Of a stretch of 19,066 bases of DNA, positions 1 through 8,581 are shown one piece after another. The position numbers were made by a program, and so were the translations under genes. The DNA comes from Calditrichia bacterium (GTDB taxonomy: Bacteria; Calditrichota; Calditrichia; RBG-13-44-9). The stretch's first letter is position 1. The number at the start of each line of letters is the position of its first letter. The stretch covers positions 1 to 19,066 of the forward strand of contig JARRQT010000114.1 of the NCBI GenBank assembly GCA_037381445.1, written 5' to 3'. Under the pieces are notes generated by a model. It had not been told where the DNA came from, made no database searches, and saw only the letters and a list, made by a program, of their open reading frames with translations.

Positions 1-1203
1 GGCCCATAGCTGCGAGGCGCTTTTATAATCGCCCTGTGTTTCACTGATCCCGGCGAGCCGGGCAAATGCTTTTGCCCGCAGCGGATGCACCTGAATGTTT
101 AGCAGGAAATCTTTCAGATATTCGGTAGCTTTTGCCAGATCGTTCTGCCGGAAATAGATGTCGGCAATTTTGAAATATGCCGTGCCGGCCAGATCCGGAT
201 TCGCAGATCCCTTCGCCGCATTCAGTTGGATCAGCGCATTTTGCGCGTCTCCCGCCTGCAGGTTTAAATCGGCCAAAATGAGGCGGGCTCTATCCGCCAA
301 ACGGGAATCGGGATAACTGGACACAAAATGATTCCAGAATTTTATTTTCTTATCCAGAGGGATTTGCTCAGCAGAATGTTCGCTGGTGGTTTCCTCCAGA
401 AATGCGTAGGATAGACTGTCTTTTTCGGGTATCGCATTGAGATAACCCATAGCATCCTTAAGTGCTGTCTCGGCTTTGGCAGCATTTGACAAATTCTTCT
501 CTCCCCTGAATTCTTCCAATGCGGCCAAACGCTGGTAGCTTTTCCCCATCAGGAAATAGGCCTGCCCCACCAGCGAGGAATCGGTATTTCCGGCGATAAC
601 AGACTCACAAATACGGATGGTTTCGGGAATGTCCTTCAACTGCTCCAGGTAGAGGTGGGCCAGTTCCAGTTTCAGCCGCTGAACGTTCTCCTGTGCCAGA
701 ACGCGGCCGATCAGACGGGCCAGTTTATTGACCCCCACATTTTGATTCACCGTATAAAAATCCTGCATGATTTCCAGGTATTTCCGGGCCGAATCATATT
801 TTGAGGAGCAGTAAAAATCACCGGTCAGCTCATTCAGTTTTCCGGCGCTCTGGTCATACTGCTTCTGCCCGTAGTAATATTTTCCCAGGGCGAAAAGAAG
901 CTCATCCCGATGGGGATAACTGGGATAATTCCGCAGGATTTTTTCATAAATATTTTCGGCAATGTGTATCTTGCCATTTTTCAGGGCGGCGTAAAAAAGG
1001 TCGGCGTAGATTTCATCATTTCCGTTGTACTGCGGATATTTTTCAATATAAGTGCTCAGCTTTCCATAGCCCTGCTCGAATTGGTTCCGATCGAGGAATA
1101 AATATCCCAGTTGCTTCTCCGCTTCCTGAATGTAATCTGCACCGGCAGTTTTGTATTTTTCATTAGCCAGCAGCGCATTAAAATTTTGCTCGCTCTGATC
1201 AAT
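1..1203 (-). CDS. C-terminal continuation of the large TPR protein (frameshifted from 1199..2092; runs off the window start)
   Basis: Manual translation gives 401 stop-free codons from 1203 to 1 (IDQSEQNFNALLANEKYK...NYPSYPHRDELLFALGKYYYGQKQYDQS...SYPDSRLADRARLILADLNLQAGD...AGTAYFKIADIYFRQNDLAKA). The TPR/BamD-like repeats are the same style as in the upstream ORF. Absent from the ORF track because the stop lies outside the window. Confidence 0.85.
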   Translation of the reverse strand, partial: MDQSEQNFNALLANEKYKTAGADYIQEAEKQLGYLFLDRNQFEQGYGKLSTYIEKYPQYNGNDEIYADLFYAALKNGKIHIAENIYEKILRNYPSYPHRDELLFALGKYYYGQKQYDQSAGKLNELTGDFYCSSKYDSARKYLEIMQDFYTVNQNVGVNKLARLIGRVLAQENVQRLKLELAHLYLEQLKDIPETIRICESVIAGNTDSSLVGQAYFLMGKSYQRLAALEEFRGEKNLSNAAKAETALKDAMGYLNAIPEKDSLSYAFLEETTSEHSAEQIPLDKKIKFWNHFVSSYPDSRLADRARLILADLNLQAGDAQNALIQLNAAKGSANPDLAGTAYFKIADIYFRQNDLAKATEYLKDFLLNIQVHPLRAKAFARLAGISETQGDYKSASQLWA

Positions 1204-2092
1204 TGAGATAGTTGACGGCCGCCAGCAGCAGGTTCAATTCGGCATTTTGCTTATTGGTTTTATACCGGGTCAGATTCTTGTTCAACAAACTGACAGCCTG
1301 ATCAAACTCCCGGGTCTTGGCCAGCAGGTTACCGAGATTCAGCACCGCATCAAACGCCACCGGCGAATCTCCATATTTATCAATGACCAACTGGCACTGT
1401 TTTTTCGCCCGGTCCAATTGACCCAGTTTTTCATAAAAAACAGCCAAGCCAAGGTTGGCTTCCGCCATGACGGCGGGTTCGGCATCGGACTGCAGCACCT
1501 TCTCAAATTCTTTGTTGGCCTGATCGAAATTCTGCTTTTGAATGAGTAATTGGGCAAACAGCAAACGTCCCCTGGGATATACGGCACTGTCAGGATAGCG
1601 GTCCAGGAAATCCTGCAGCACCAGCTGCGCCTTGTCTATTTTATTTTGCCGGAAATAAATTCCGGCGGCATTGTAAAGGGCCATGGGTGCACCGGGATCA
1701 TCGGGATACAAGACTTTTACAGTCTCGAAAGCGCGGGCAGCCTCGTCCGGTTTATGCAGTTTGACATAACATTCTCCCACCTTCTGCCAGGCTTCCGGGG
1801 CACGGCTGTTATCGGGGAAACTGACCGCCAGCGACTGGAATTCGATACGGGCGTTCTCGAAGTCCTTCACCCTGTAGAGAGATTGTGCCTGGTAATATTT
1901 CGCATCGGGCACCCGTTCGCTGTTGGGATAGCGGTTCACGAACAGATTGAACTGCTGGGCGGCGATATCAAAAAAACCTTCATTATACAACTTCAGCGCA
2001 TAGGAAAAGTCATCGCTCTCCCCGTACCGCTGGGAAAAAGCCGAAACGCTGAACAAAAGAATAATAAGCAATACGAGAGATTTTTTTATCAT
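1199..2092 (-). CDS. Secreted tetratricopeptide repeat protein (BamD/CpoB-like repeats), N-terminal part
   Basis: Signal peptide MIKKSLVLLIILLFSVSAFS and repeated 'YP.S...P.A.Y..A' TPR units. The start overlaps the pcrA stop (ATGA, 2089-2092). Ends prematurely at a frameshift near 1202. Confidence 0.85.
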   Translation of the reverse strand: MIKKSLVLLIILLFSVSAFSQRYGESDDFSYALKLYNEGFFDIAAQQFNLFVNRYPNSERVPDAKYYQAQSLYRVKDFENARIEFQSLAVSFPDNSRAPEAWQKVGECYVKLHKPDEAARAFETVKVLYPDDPGAPMALYNAAGIYFRQNKIDKAQLVLQDFLDRYPDSAVYPRGRLLFAQLLIQKQNFDQANKEFEKVLQSDAEPAVMAEANLGLAVFYEKLGQLDRAKKQCQLVIDKYGDSPVAFDAVLNLGNLLAKTREFDQAVSLLNKNLTRYKTNKQNAELNLLLAAVNYLN

Positions 2093-3003
2093 GATTGAGA
2101 CTCCGATTTGTCACTTGTTTTCAAATTTGCATACTCGGCAATCAATTTTTTGATGCTCCGGTTTGAAAACTGAATGGTCAATTTTGTACCGAGGTTGCTT
2201 ACGTCCACATTGAGAATTTGTCCCCTGCCAAATACATCATGCTCGACATACTGGCCGATTTTGAAATCGCTGCCGTTGTTGGGAGCGTTGTTCTGTTGAT
2301 TTGCGGCCATCTTCCGGGCAGTCATCCTTTTGAATCGCAGCCGCTCCTGGTAGCTGCGGTAGCCGGATCCCTGAGGAGCAGAAGTGCGGGTATACTCTTC
2401 CGGGATTTCCTTCAGAAACCGGGATGGAATGGAACGGAACCCGCCGCCGAAATCACCGCTTTGAAAGCGGTGCCGGGATTGTGCATGAAGCAGATACAGC
2501 TTTTTCCGGGCCCTCGTGATTCCCACATAGAACAGGCGGCGTTCCTCTTCCAGATCATCCGGGTCTTCCGCAGCCCGGGAAAGGGGAAACAGCCCGTCTT
2601 CCAGCCCGGCGATAATAACAACCGGAAACTCCAGCCCCTTGGCGCTGTGCAGCGTCATGAGGGTGACAGACGGCCGGTCAGGGTCCCAGCGGTCGATGTC
2701 GGTCAGCAGGGATATCTCGTCCAGGTAATTCTCCAGCCCGGTTTCTCCCGGGTGCGAGGCCACGAATATATCGATACTGTTCAGCAGCTCGACAACATTC
2801 TCCAGCCGCGCTTCATCCTCGGGCTGGCCTGTTTTTTCATAGATGCGCTTCAGCCCGACTTCATCCACCAGTTTCTCGGCGATTTCAATAGCATTGGATT
2901 TTTCAAGAAGTCCGCGGTATCGTTCCAACATCGCATGAAACTTTTTGAGCTGCTTCACAGTCCCGGAATTGATTCCCTCAATCTGGTCCAGTTCCCCGAT
3001 ACA
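2089..3003 (-). CDS. pcrA: ATP-dependent DNA helicase PcrA/UvrD, C-terminal part (after frameshift; ORF-track start GTG 2958)
   Basis: Motifs VTLMTLHSAKGLEFPVV and EEERRLFYVGITRA, PSRFLKEIP, and a C-terminal Tudor-like domain (FKIGQYVEHDVFGRGQI). The PcrA-like frame extends upstream to CIGELDQIEG at 3003. Confidence 0.92.
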   Translation of the reverse strand, partial: CIGELDQIEGINSGTVKQLKKFHAMLERYRGLLEKSNAIEIAEKLVDEVGLKRIYEKTGQPEDEARLENVVELLNSIDIFVASHPGETGLENYLDEISLLTDIDRWDPDRPSVTLMTLHSAKGLEFPVVIIAGLEDGLFPLSRAAEDPDDLEEERRLFYVGITRARKKLYLLHAQSRHRFQSGDFGGGFRSIPSRFLKEIPEEYTRTSAPQGSGYRSYQERLRFKRMTARKMAANQQNNAPNNGSDFKIGQYVEHDVFGRGQILNVDVSNLGTKLTIQFSNRSIKKLIAEYANLKTSDKSESQS

Positions 3004-4282
3004 CTTTTTGACTGGTGGCGCCGATTCCCCGGCTGGGGAAATTCAGAATCCGCTGCAGACTCACCGAATCACTGGGATTCACGATGACCTTCAGATATGC
3101 CAGCACATCTTTAACTTCCTTGCGCTCATAGAATTTCACGCCCCCCACCAGCGAATACGGCACTGCATTCCGCCGCAATTGCTCTTCCAGTGCTCGGGAC
3201 TGGGCATTGGTCCGGTATAAAACAACAATTTCGTTGAGTGAATGATCGTTCTGCGAGGATTCCGTCTGCACAATGTTCACCACCGAGTTGGCTTCGGCAA
3301 TTTCATCTCGGGTTTCCAGAATATTGATAGGCTCGCCGACCTCTTTCTCGGTCCACAGATTTTTTCCCAATCGCTGGGTATTGAAGGCCACCACCGCGTT
3401 GGCGGCGTTGAGGATAGTCTGCGATGAACGGTAATTCTGTTCCAGCCGGATGACTTTGCTCTCCGGGAAATCCCGTTCAAAACTCAGGATGTTTTCGATA
3501 TCCGCGCCCCGCCAGCGATAGATACTCTGGTCTTCATCCCCAACTACGCAGAGGTTGTGATGCCCTGCGGAGAGCAGCTTCACCCAGTAGTATTGCGCCT
3601 TATTAGTGTCCTGGTATTCATCAACCAGCACGTAACGAAAGCGGTCCTGGTATTTTTTGAGAATTTCCGGATGCGCGGTAAAGATTTCGATGGGCAGGAT
3701 CAGGAGATCATCAAAATCCATGGCGTTATTGCGCCGCAGGGAGACTTCATATTCCCAATAGATTTTTGCGATTTGCCGGGAGCGAAAATCATGGGCCTCT
3801 TTTTCATATTGCCTGGCATCCTTCATTTTGTTCTTCGCCTGGCTGATCTCATACTGCACCTGACGGGGCGTAATCGCCTCCCGGCTGATATTCAACGCTT
3901 CCATCAGGCGCTTGATCTGGTTCTGCTGGTCTTCCACATCATAAATTGTAAAATTGGACTGGTAGCCAGCAAACCGGGCTTCGGAATGCAGGATCCGCGC
4001 GGATATGGAATGGAATGTTCCGATCCAGAGCTGGCGGACCGGGGTCTTAAGCAGCGATTCCACCCGCGATTTCATTTCGCTGGCCGCTTTATTGGTGAAT
4101 GTTACCGCCAGTATTTCGTGGGGTGCAGCCAGTCCTTTTTCGATCAGGTAAGCAATCCGGTAGGTCAATACACGGGTCTTGCCGCTCCCGGCGCCTGCCA
4201 GAACCAGCAGCGGCCCCTCCGTCTGGATGACTGCTTCTTTTTGCCGTGGATTAAGTTCCGCAAGTAAATCTTGATCTAGCAT
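2978..4282 (-). CDS. pcrA: ATP-dependent DNA helicase PcrA/UvrD, N-terminal part
   Basis: LNPRQKEAV, Walker A AGAGSGKT, AVTFTNKAA, VDEYQDTN, VGDEDQSIYRWRGA, LEQNYRS, LYRTNAQSR, FYERKEVKD. Homology is lost after PSRGIGATSQK (~3005). Confidence 0.95.
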   Translation of the reverse strand: MLDQDLLAELNPRQKEAVIQTEGPLLVLAGAGSGKTRVLTYRIAYLIEKGLAAPHEILAVTFTNKAASEMKSRVESLLKTPVRQLWIGTFHSISARILHSEARFAGYQSNFTIYDVEDQQNQIKRLMEALNISREAITPRQVQYEISQAKNKMKDARQYEKEAHDFRSRQIAKIYWEYEVSLRRNNAMDFDDLLILPIEIFTAHPEILKKYQDRFRYVLVDEYQDTNKAQYYWVKLLSAGHHNLCVVGDEDQSIYRWRGADIENILSFERDFPESKVIRLEQNYRSSQTILNAANAVVAFNTQRLGKNLWTEKEVGEPINILETRDEIAEANSVVNIVQTESSQNDHSLNEIVVLYRTNAQSRALEEQLRRNAVPYSLVGGVKFYERKEVKDVLAYLKVIVNPSDSVSLQRILNFPSRGIGATSQKVYRGTGPD

Positions 4283-4447
4283 TAAATAAAACCGTTATTC
4301 ATTGATTCAATCAACTTCAAATTTATGAAATATTTCAATTTATTGAAAGGCAATTTTCGGTAACGGAAATAAGACATTTATTCATAGCCAATCAGCGGCC
4401 CCGATCCGCAGGAAATACAATCATATGCCGCAATAAAATTTCAGACT

Positions 4448-5488
4448 TTAATGACGGTGGTTGCGCCGGACTTCCCGCCGCACCCGATTAAAACGCGCCT
4501 TCCATTGAGCATGTTCTGCCGCCGTTCTGGAAAAATGATGTCCTCCATCCCCGGTGGCGACAAAAAACATGTAATTCGTCTTCTCCGGATAAATGGCCGC
4601 CAGTATGGATCGTTTCCCCGGATTGTTAATAGGTCCGGGGGGGAGTCCCCTATGCAGATAGGTATTATAGGGGGAATCAATCTCCAGGTCTTTGAGCAGC
4701 AGGCGGCGCGGCCGGCCGGGAAGAATGTACTGAATCGTCGGATCCGCCTGCAGGGGCCACCCGCGATCCAAGCGGTTATGATACACCGAGCTCACAACAG
4801 CTCTTTCGGAATCCACCTGCACTTCGCCTTCAATGATGGAGGCCAATGTCAGAATCTGATGCGGCGTCATATTTAAAATTTCCAACTGTCTGCGAATGCT
4901 GTCCGGTTCAAATATAGCCATCGTTTTCCGGACCAGAATGGATATTACCTCCTCTTCATTCACGCCAAAAGTGAAAAAATACGTATTCGGCAGCAGGTAA
5001 CCTTCCAGATTGTTGGCCTTTACACCCAGGGATTGGCAAATTCCGCTGTCGGTGGCCAGATCCATGAAGCGGAGGGAGTCAATTTCCAACTGCTGTTTGA
5101 GAATACCGGCAATTTGGTCCAGCCGGACACCCTCTGGAAAAGTAACTTTGATATCCGCGAAACGGGGCTGTGAGAGATATTTTAAAAGTTGCCAGGGATG
5201 CATGTTTTCAGGCACTTCAAACAGACCGGCCTTCATTCGGTTTTCGTATCCGGTCAGTCTTCCCAAAAACAGAAAGAGCCCTTTTTGTTTTACCAGGCCG
5301 CTGTCAGCAAGAATGTCTGCGACCTCGTTGAAACTAGATCCTTTATGAATAAATACTTCTTTTACATTCCCGCCGTTTAAATCAGGCGCATGATAGGGAG
5401 GAAAAACCAGTAGCCAGACGGACACCCCTATCACAACAAATCCGAAAAATATTGAAAAAAACAGATAGCGGCGGCCATAATATTTCAA
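4448..5488 (-). CDS. mltG: Endolytic peptidoglycan transglycosylase MltG (YceG family)
   Basis: N-terminal TM helix, VTFPEG, LEGYLLPNTY, LASIIEGE (catalytic Glu), LQADPTIQY, SPYNTY, GLPPGPINNPG. Probable start is TTG at 5488 (346 aa); the ORF-track start at 5617 overlaps the upstream gene. Confidence 0.93.
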   Translation of the reverse strand: MKYYGRRYLFFSIFFGFVVIGVSVWLLVFPPYHAPDLNGGNVKEVFIHKGSSFNEVADILADSGLVKQKGLFLFLGRLTGYENRMKAGLFEVPENMHPWQLLKYLSQPRFADIKVTFPEGVRLDQIAGILKQQLEIDSLRFMDLATDSGICQSLGVKANNLEGYLLPNTYFFTFGVNEEEVISILVRKTMAIFEPDSIRRQLEILNMTPHQILTLASIIEGEVQVDSERAVVSSVYHNRLDRGWPLQADPTIQYILPGRPRRLLLKDLEIDSPYNTYLHRGLPPGPINNPGKRSILAAIYPEKTNYMFFVATGDGGHHFSRTAAEHAQWKARFNRVRREVRRNHRH

Positions 5489-5570
5489 TACCCGCCAGAC
5501 CAGAAAAATACCGAATGCGATTTGTGCTATATATTGATATATCTTTTTCAAATGCTGTAAACCTTGCTCA

Positions 5571-6380
5571 TTATTCAACCGATTTCCCGGGCCACAGGGT
5601 ATATGCCAGGCGTTCAAGTTCTTGAACCGGATTCTCCCACAGTAACCATGAATCGGGCAGCAGGAACTGGCTTATTCCCTGCGCTTCCCAATCCTGCCTT
5701 TCCTTTGCCGTCCGGGGAAAATGGATAAGAAGAATGGGCAGATCACCCTGGTGCGCTTCCTTTAGCTGCCGGAATATTGCGCTGGACCGCAGGATTTCAT
5801 AACCGGATTTCTCCGCCACGATTCCGCTTATCAGTTCCAATTCCGTCTTTTCCAGATTTTGGGGATTGCTGATTTTCAGGAATGGCTCCAGTCCCATCGC
5901 AAAGGTTATTTCCGTGAATTGGGCCATTTTGGAAGCATCCAGAAATGCGTCATCCAGCAGAAGTCCGTCTGCACCGATGGATTTGGCCTGGTAAATCTGT
6001 GCTTCATCGATAATAAAATCCCGTTGAATGACCGCCACATCCGAACCGGTTTTTACCAGATTAATATGAGAAGGATCGCCGCCCAGATAATCGGGATCGC
6101 TGGCAACAAACAAGACCGGGACTTTCAGTTTGATCAGAGCCCGGGCCAGGCGGAACGGCTGATAATTTTCAATGTGATAATCCAGTTCATTAATGTTGGC
6201 GAGCAGCGGCACTGCAACAGGAAGGGAATCGGGTTCCTGTAATGCCACCTTTGCACTGTAAAATTCGGTGCCCACTGAAAAGGCGGCATTGCGGATCAAT
6301 TCAATATCAAACTGCTCCCGCAGCAGTCTCATTTCTTCCCGTATTTTTTCCAAAATACGCTGTATAATATCATGCTGCAT
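5571..6380 (-). CDS. Indole-3-glycerol-phosphate synthase (TrpC)-like TIM-barrel protein, catalytically degenerate
   Basis: Recognisable TrpC segments (DIIQRILEKIREE; DPDYLGG; RDFIIDEAQIYQAKSIGADGLLL; MGLEP), full length (269 aa), directly downstream of trpD. Catalytic motifs are replaced (see findings). Confidence 0.8.
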   Translation of the reverse strand: MQHDIIQRILEKIREEMRLLREQFDIELIRNAAFSVGTEFYSAKVALQEPDSLPVAVPLLANINELDYHIENYQPFRLARALIKLKVPVLFVASDPDYLGGDPSHINLVKTGSDVAVIQRDFIIDEAQIYQAKSIGADGLLLDDAFLDASKMAQFTEITFAMGLEPFLKISNPQNLEKTELELISGIVAEKSGYEILRSSAIFRQLKEAHQGDLPILLIHFPRTAKERQDWEAQGISQFLLPDSWLLWENPVQELERLAYTLWPGKSVE

Positions 6381-6440
6381 AAAAAACTCGTCTTGTAAAT
6401 CAATTATCTTTCTTCGGTAGTCCTATATCCTTTGGGCTCT

Positions 6441-7457
6441 TTAATTTAGTTTCTGGCTGATCTGAATCATTTGTTCCAATTTATGCAAAGCCGCCCCACT
6501 ATCGATGGCTTTGGTCGCCTGTTTTATTCCATCGGCCAAAGTTTCCGCCAATCCGCTAACCTTGAGTGCCGCGGCGGCATTAATAAGTGTAACATCCCTG
6601 GGTCCGCCGTTTTTTCCCTTTAGAATATCCAGAAAAATGGTCTTGTTTTTTTCCGCGTCCCCGCCCTGTATACTCTCGATGGGCCATCTTTTTAGACCCA
6701 GGTCTTCGGGCTTGATTTCATATTCTTTGATCTCATCACCGTTGATCTCTACAATATGGGTTTTTCCGCAAATGTTCACCTCATCCAGTCCATTCTCCCC
6801 GGAAACCACCATGCCGCTGAAAATTTCAAATTCCTTCAGGACCTGCGCGATGAGCAGCGACAACTTCTGATCGTAGACGCCGATCAACTGACGTTTGGTG
6901 AGGGCAGGTTTGGTAAGGGGATCCAGAATATTGATCATGGTCCTGGCACCCAGATTCTGCCGGATGCCCGCAAAATTCCTGGGGGTCGGTTTATAGCGCG
7001 GCGCAAAAATAAAAGCCAGTCCCGTTTCTTCGAAGACCTGGTAAAAGTCATCCGGAAAGAGTTCGGTCTTGATGCCCAGCGCCCGCAGCACATCCGCGCT
7101 GCCGCATTTGCTGGATACGGAATGATAACCGTGTTTAATCACTTTGGCGCCGGCACCCGCCGCGACGATGGAAGCTGCGGTGGAAATATTGAAAGTCCCC
7201 AGATTGTCGCCGCCTGTTCCGCTGGTATCGATAGCGTTTTCATCGGCAATTGAAAGAGGAGTAATCCGGTCGCGGTAGGCTTGCACGGACCCGGCCAGCT
7301 CATCCACGGTGCTTCCCTTAATCTGAAGCGCCACCATGAAAGCGGAAATCTGGGCTTCCGTGGCGTCCCCGGATAGAATTTCTTCCATTACCTTATATGC
7401 CTCTTCTCGGGTCAGGCTGTGACCGTCCATAAACTTGGCAATTGCTTCCTTAATCAT
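6441..7457 (-). CDS. trpD: Anthranilate phosphoribosyltransferase family protein (divergent acceptor site)
   Basis: DTSGTGGD, FNIST, KHG..SVSSKCGSADVL, R..LG.RT, GLDE, NAAAAL; 338 aa; RBS GAGGA before the ATG. Confidence 0.88.
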   Translation of the reverse strand: MIKEAIAKFMDGHSLTREEAYKVMEEILSGDATEAQISAFMVALQIKGSTVDELAGSVQAYRDRITPLSIADENAIDTSGTGGDNLGTFNISTAASIVAAGAGAKVIKHGYHSVSSKCGSADVLRALGIKTELFPDDFYQVFEETGLAFIFAPRYKPTPRNFAGIRQNLGARTMINILDPLTKPALTKRQLIGVYDQKLSLLIAQVLKEFEIFSGMVVSGENGLDEVNICGKTHIVEINGDEIKEYEIKPEDLGLKRWPIESIQGGDAEKNKTIFLDILKGKNGGPRDVTLINAAAALKVSGLAETLADGIKQATKAIDSGAALHKLEQMIQISQKLN

Positions 7458-7533
7458 AGGATTTCCTCTTCAATTGTTCAGTATATAGTGAATAAATCAT
7501 CATTTGTTCCCGCCCGGCTTACTTTCGCCGGCA

Positions 7534-8439
7534 TCAAAAAGCGCCGCTTTTAAGTTTCCTATAATATTGATCAACATTTTTCTGAAATATTTCCTTTTTC
7601 CCCAGACTTTCATTCACCGGACGGAATTGATTTTTGTAAATTATTTGACCATTCTCTTTGGTAATCTGCAGAAATCCGATGTACTCTCCGTCAACGCCTG
7701 GCTGCAGAACGATCTGTTTTCCCGGCATCCTGCTTTCCTTCCGCTGTGTATGGCCTGTGATTATGACATCCAGCGCCGGAATATCCTCTGCCAATTTCAT
7801 TCCATCCTCATAACCCGCATGGCACAGCAGAACCAGAATATCGCACTTGTTTTTGATATCGGTGATGGTTTGCTCCAGTGCTTCTGATGCGGGCGCAATC
7901 GTTATGCCCGGTTCATCGATAAAATCAAATGCAGATGAATAAACAACTCCGATAATTCCGATTTTCAGGGAGTTCCTTTCGATAATGCGGTATGGCATGA
8001 ATTCCGCTTTTGCCTTTTGTCTATCAACAATATTACAGCTTACCAATTGCAGCGGATATTGTCGACTCTTCTTTCTGATAAAATCCTGCCCCTCCACAAA
8101 TTCCTGGTCGCCCGGCGAAATCGCATCATATTTTAACGAACTCATAAATTCCCACATCAGTGAATTCGCCCCGGGCAGAGTATAGGAATTCAAAAAATCT
8201 CCACTGTCCACCAGAATCAGATCCGGGTGTTCTAACCGAAGGGAATCAACGGCGCTGCCCAATTGCACCATTCCCCCAAGAGTATTGCCTTGGCAATGAC
8301 AGGATTCCAGGGTGCCGTTCAGATTTGCAGTGTATGCCAGGAAAATCGTCTGCGCCTGCAGACTGCTTACCAGTAAGAGAAGTCCGAGGATAAAAGGAAT
8401 CAGGTTTTTATTTTTCATTTCCGACAAATTGGAATTCAT
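7534..8439 (-). CDS. Secreted UshA/5'-nucleotidase N-terminal-like metallophosphoesterase-fold protein with CxC motif
   Basis: Signal peptide MKNKNLIPFILGLLLLVSSLQA (likely true start 8418), VDSGDF, YDAISPGDQEF, LCHAG, DVIITGHTQ, ESCHC. No C-terminal nucleotidase domain. Confidence 0.78.
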   Translation of the reverse strand: MNSNLSEMKNKNLIPFILGLLLLVSSLQAQTIFLAYTANLNGTLESCHCQGNTLGGMVQLGSAVDSLRLEHPDLILVDSGDFLNSYTLPGANSLMWEFMSSLKYDAISPGDQEFVEGQDFIRKKSRQYPLQLVSCNIVDRQKAKAEFMPYRIIERNSLKIGIIGVVYSSAFDFIDEPGITIAPASEALEQTITDIKNKCDILVLLCHAGYEDGMKLAEDIPALDVIITGHTQRKESRMPGKQIVLQPGVDGEYIGFLQITKENGQIIYKNQFRPVNESLGKKEIFQKNVDQYYRKLKSGAF

Positions 8440-8581
8440 AAAATAACTGAATATTATATTTCCATTAATTTGAAAGTTAAATCCTAATCGAGGTAAATGA
8501 AATACGAAATTGAAATAGGTGTGATTGAACTTTTATGAATTCCTGATAAAGTTCGGATAAAAAGAGATGTCGGATCAGAAA

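Noticed and set aside
4302..4314. FNR box
   Set aside because: Spacing is TTGAT-N3-ATCAA, not the required N4.
8527..8554. Hairpin GAACTTTTAT...ATAAAGTTC after lipA as a terminator
   Set aside because: AT-rich, bulged and lacking a U-tract; too weak to call.
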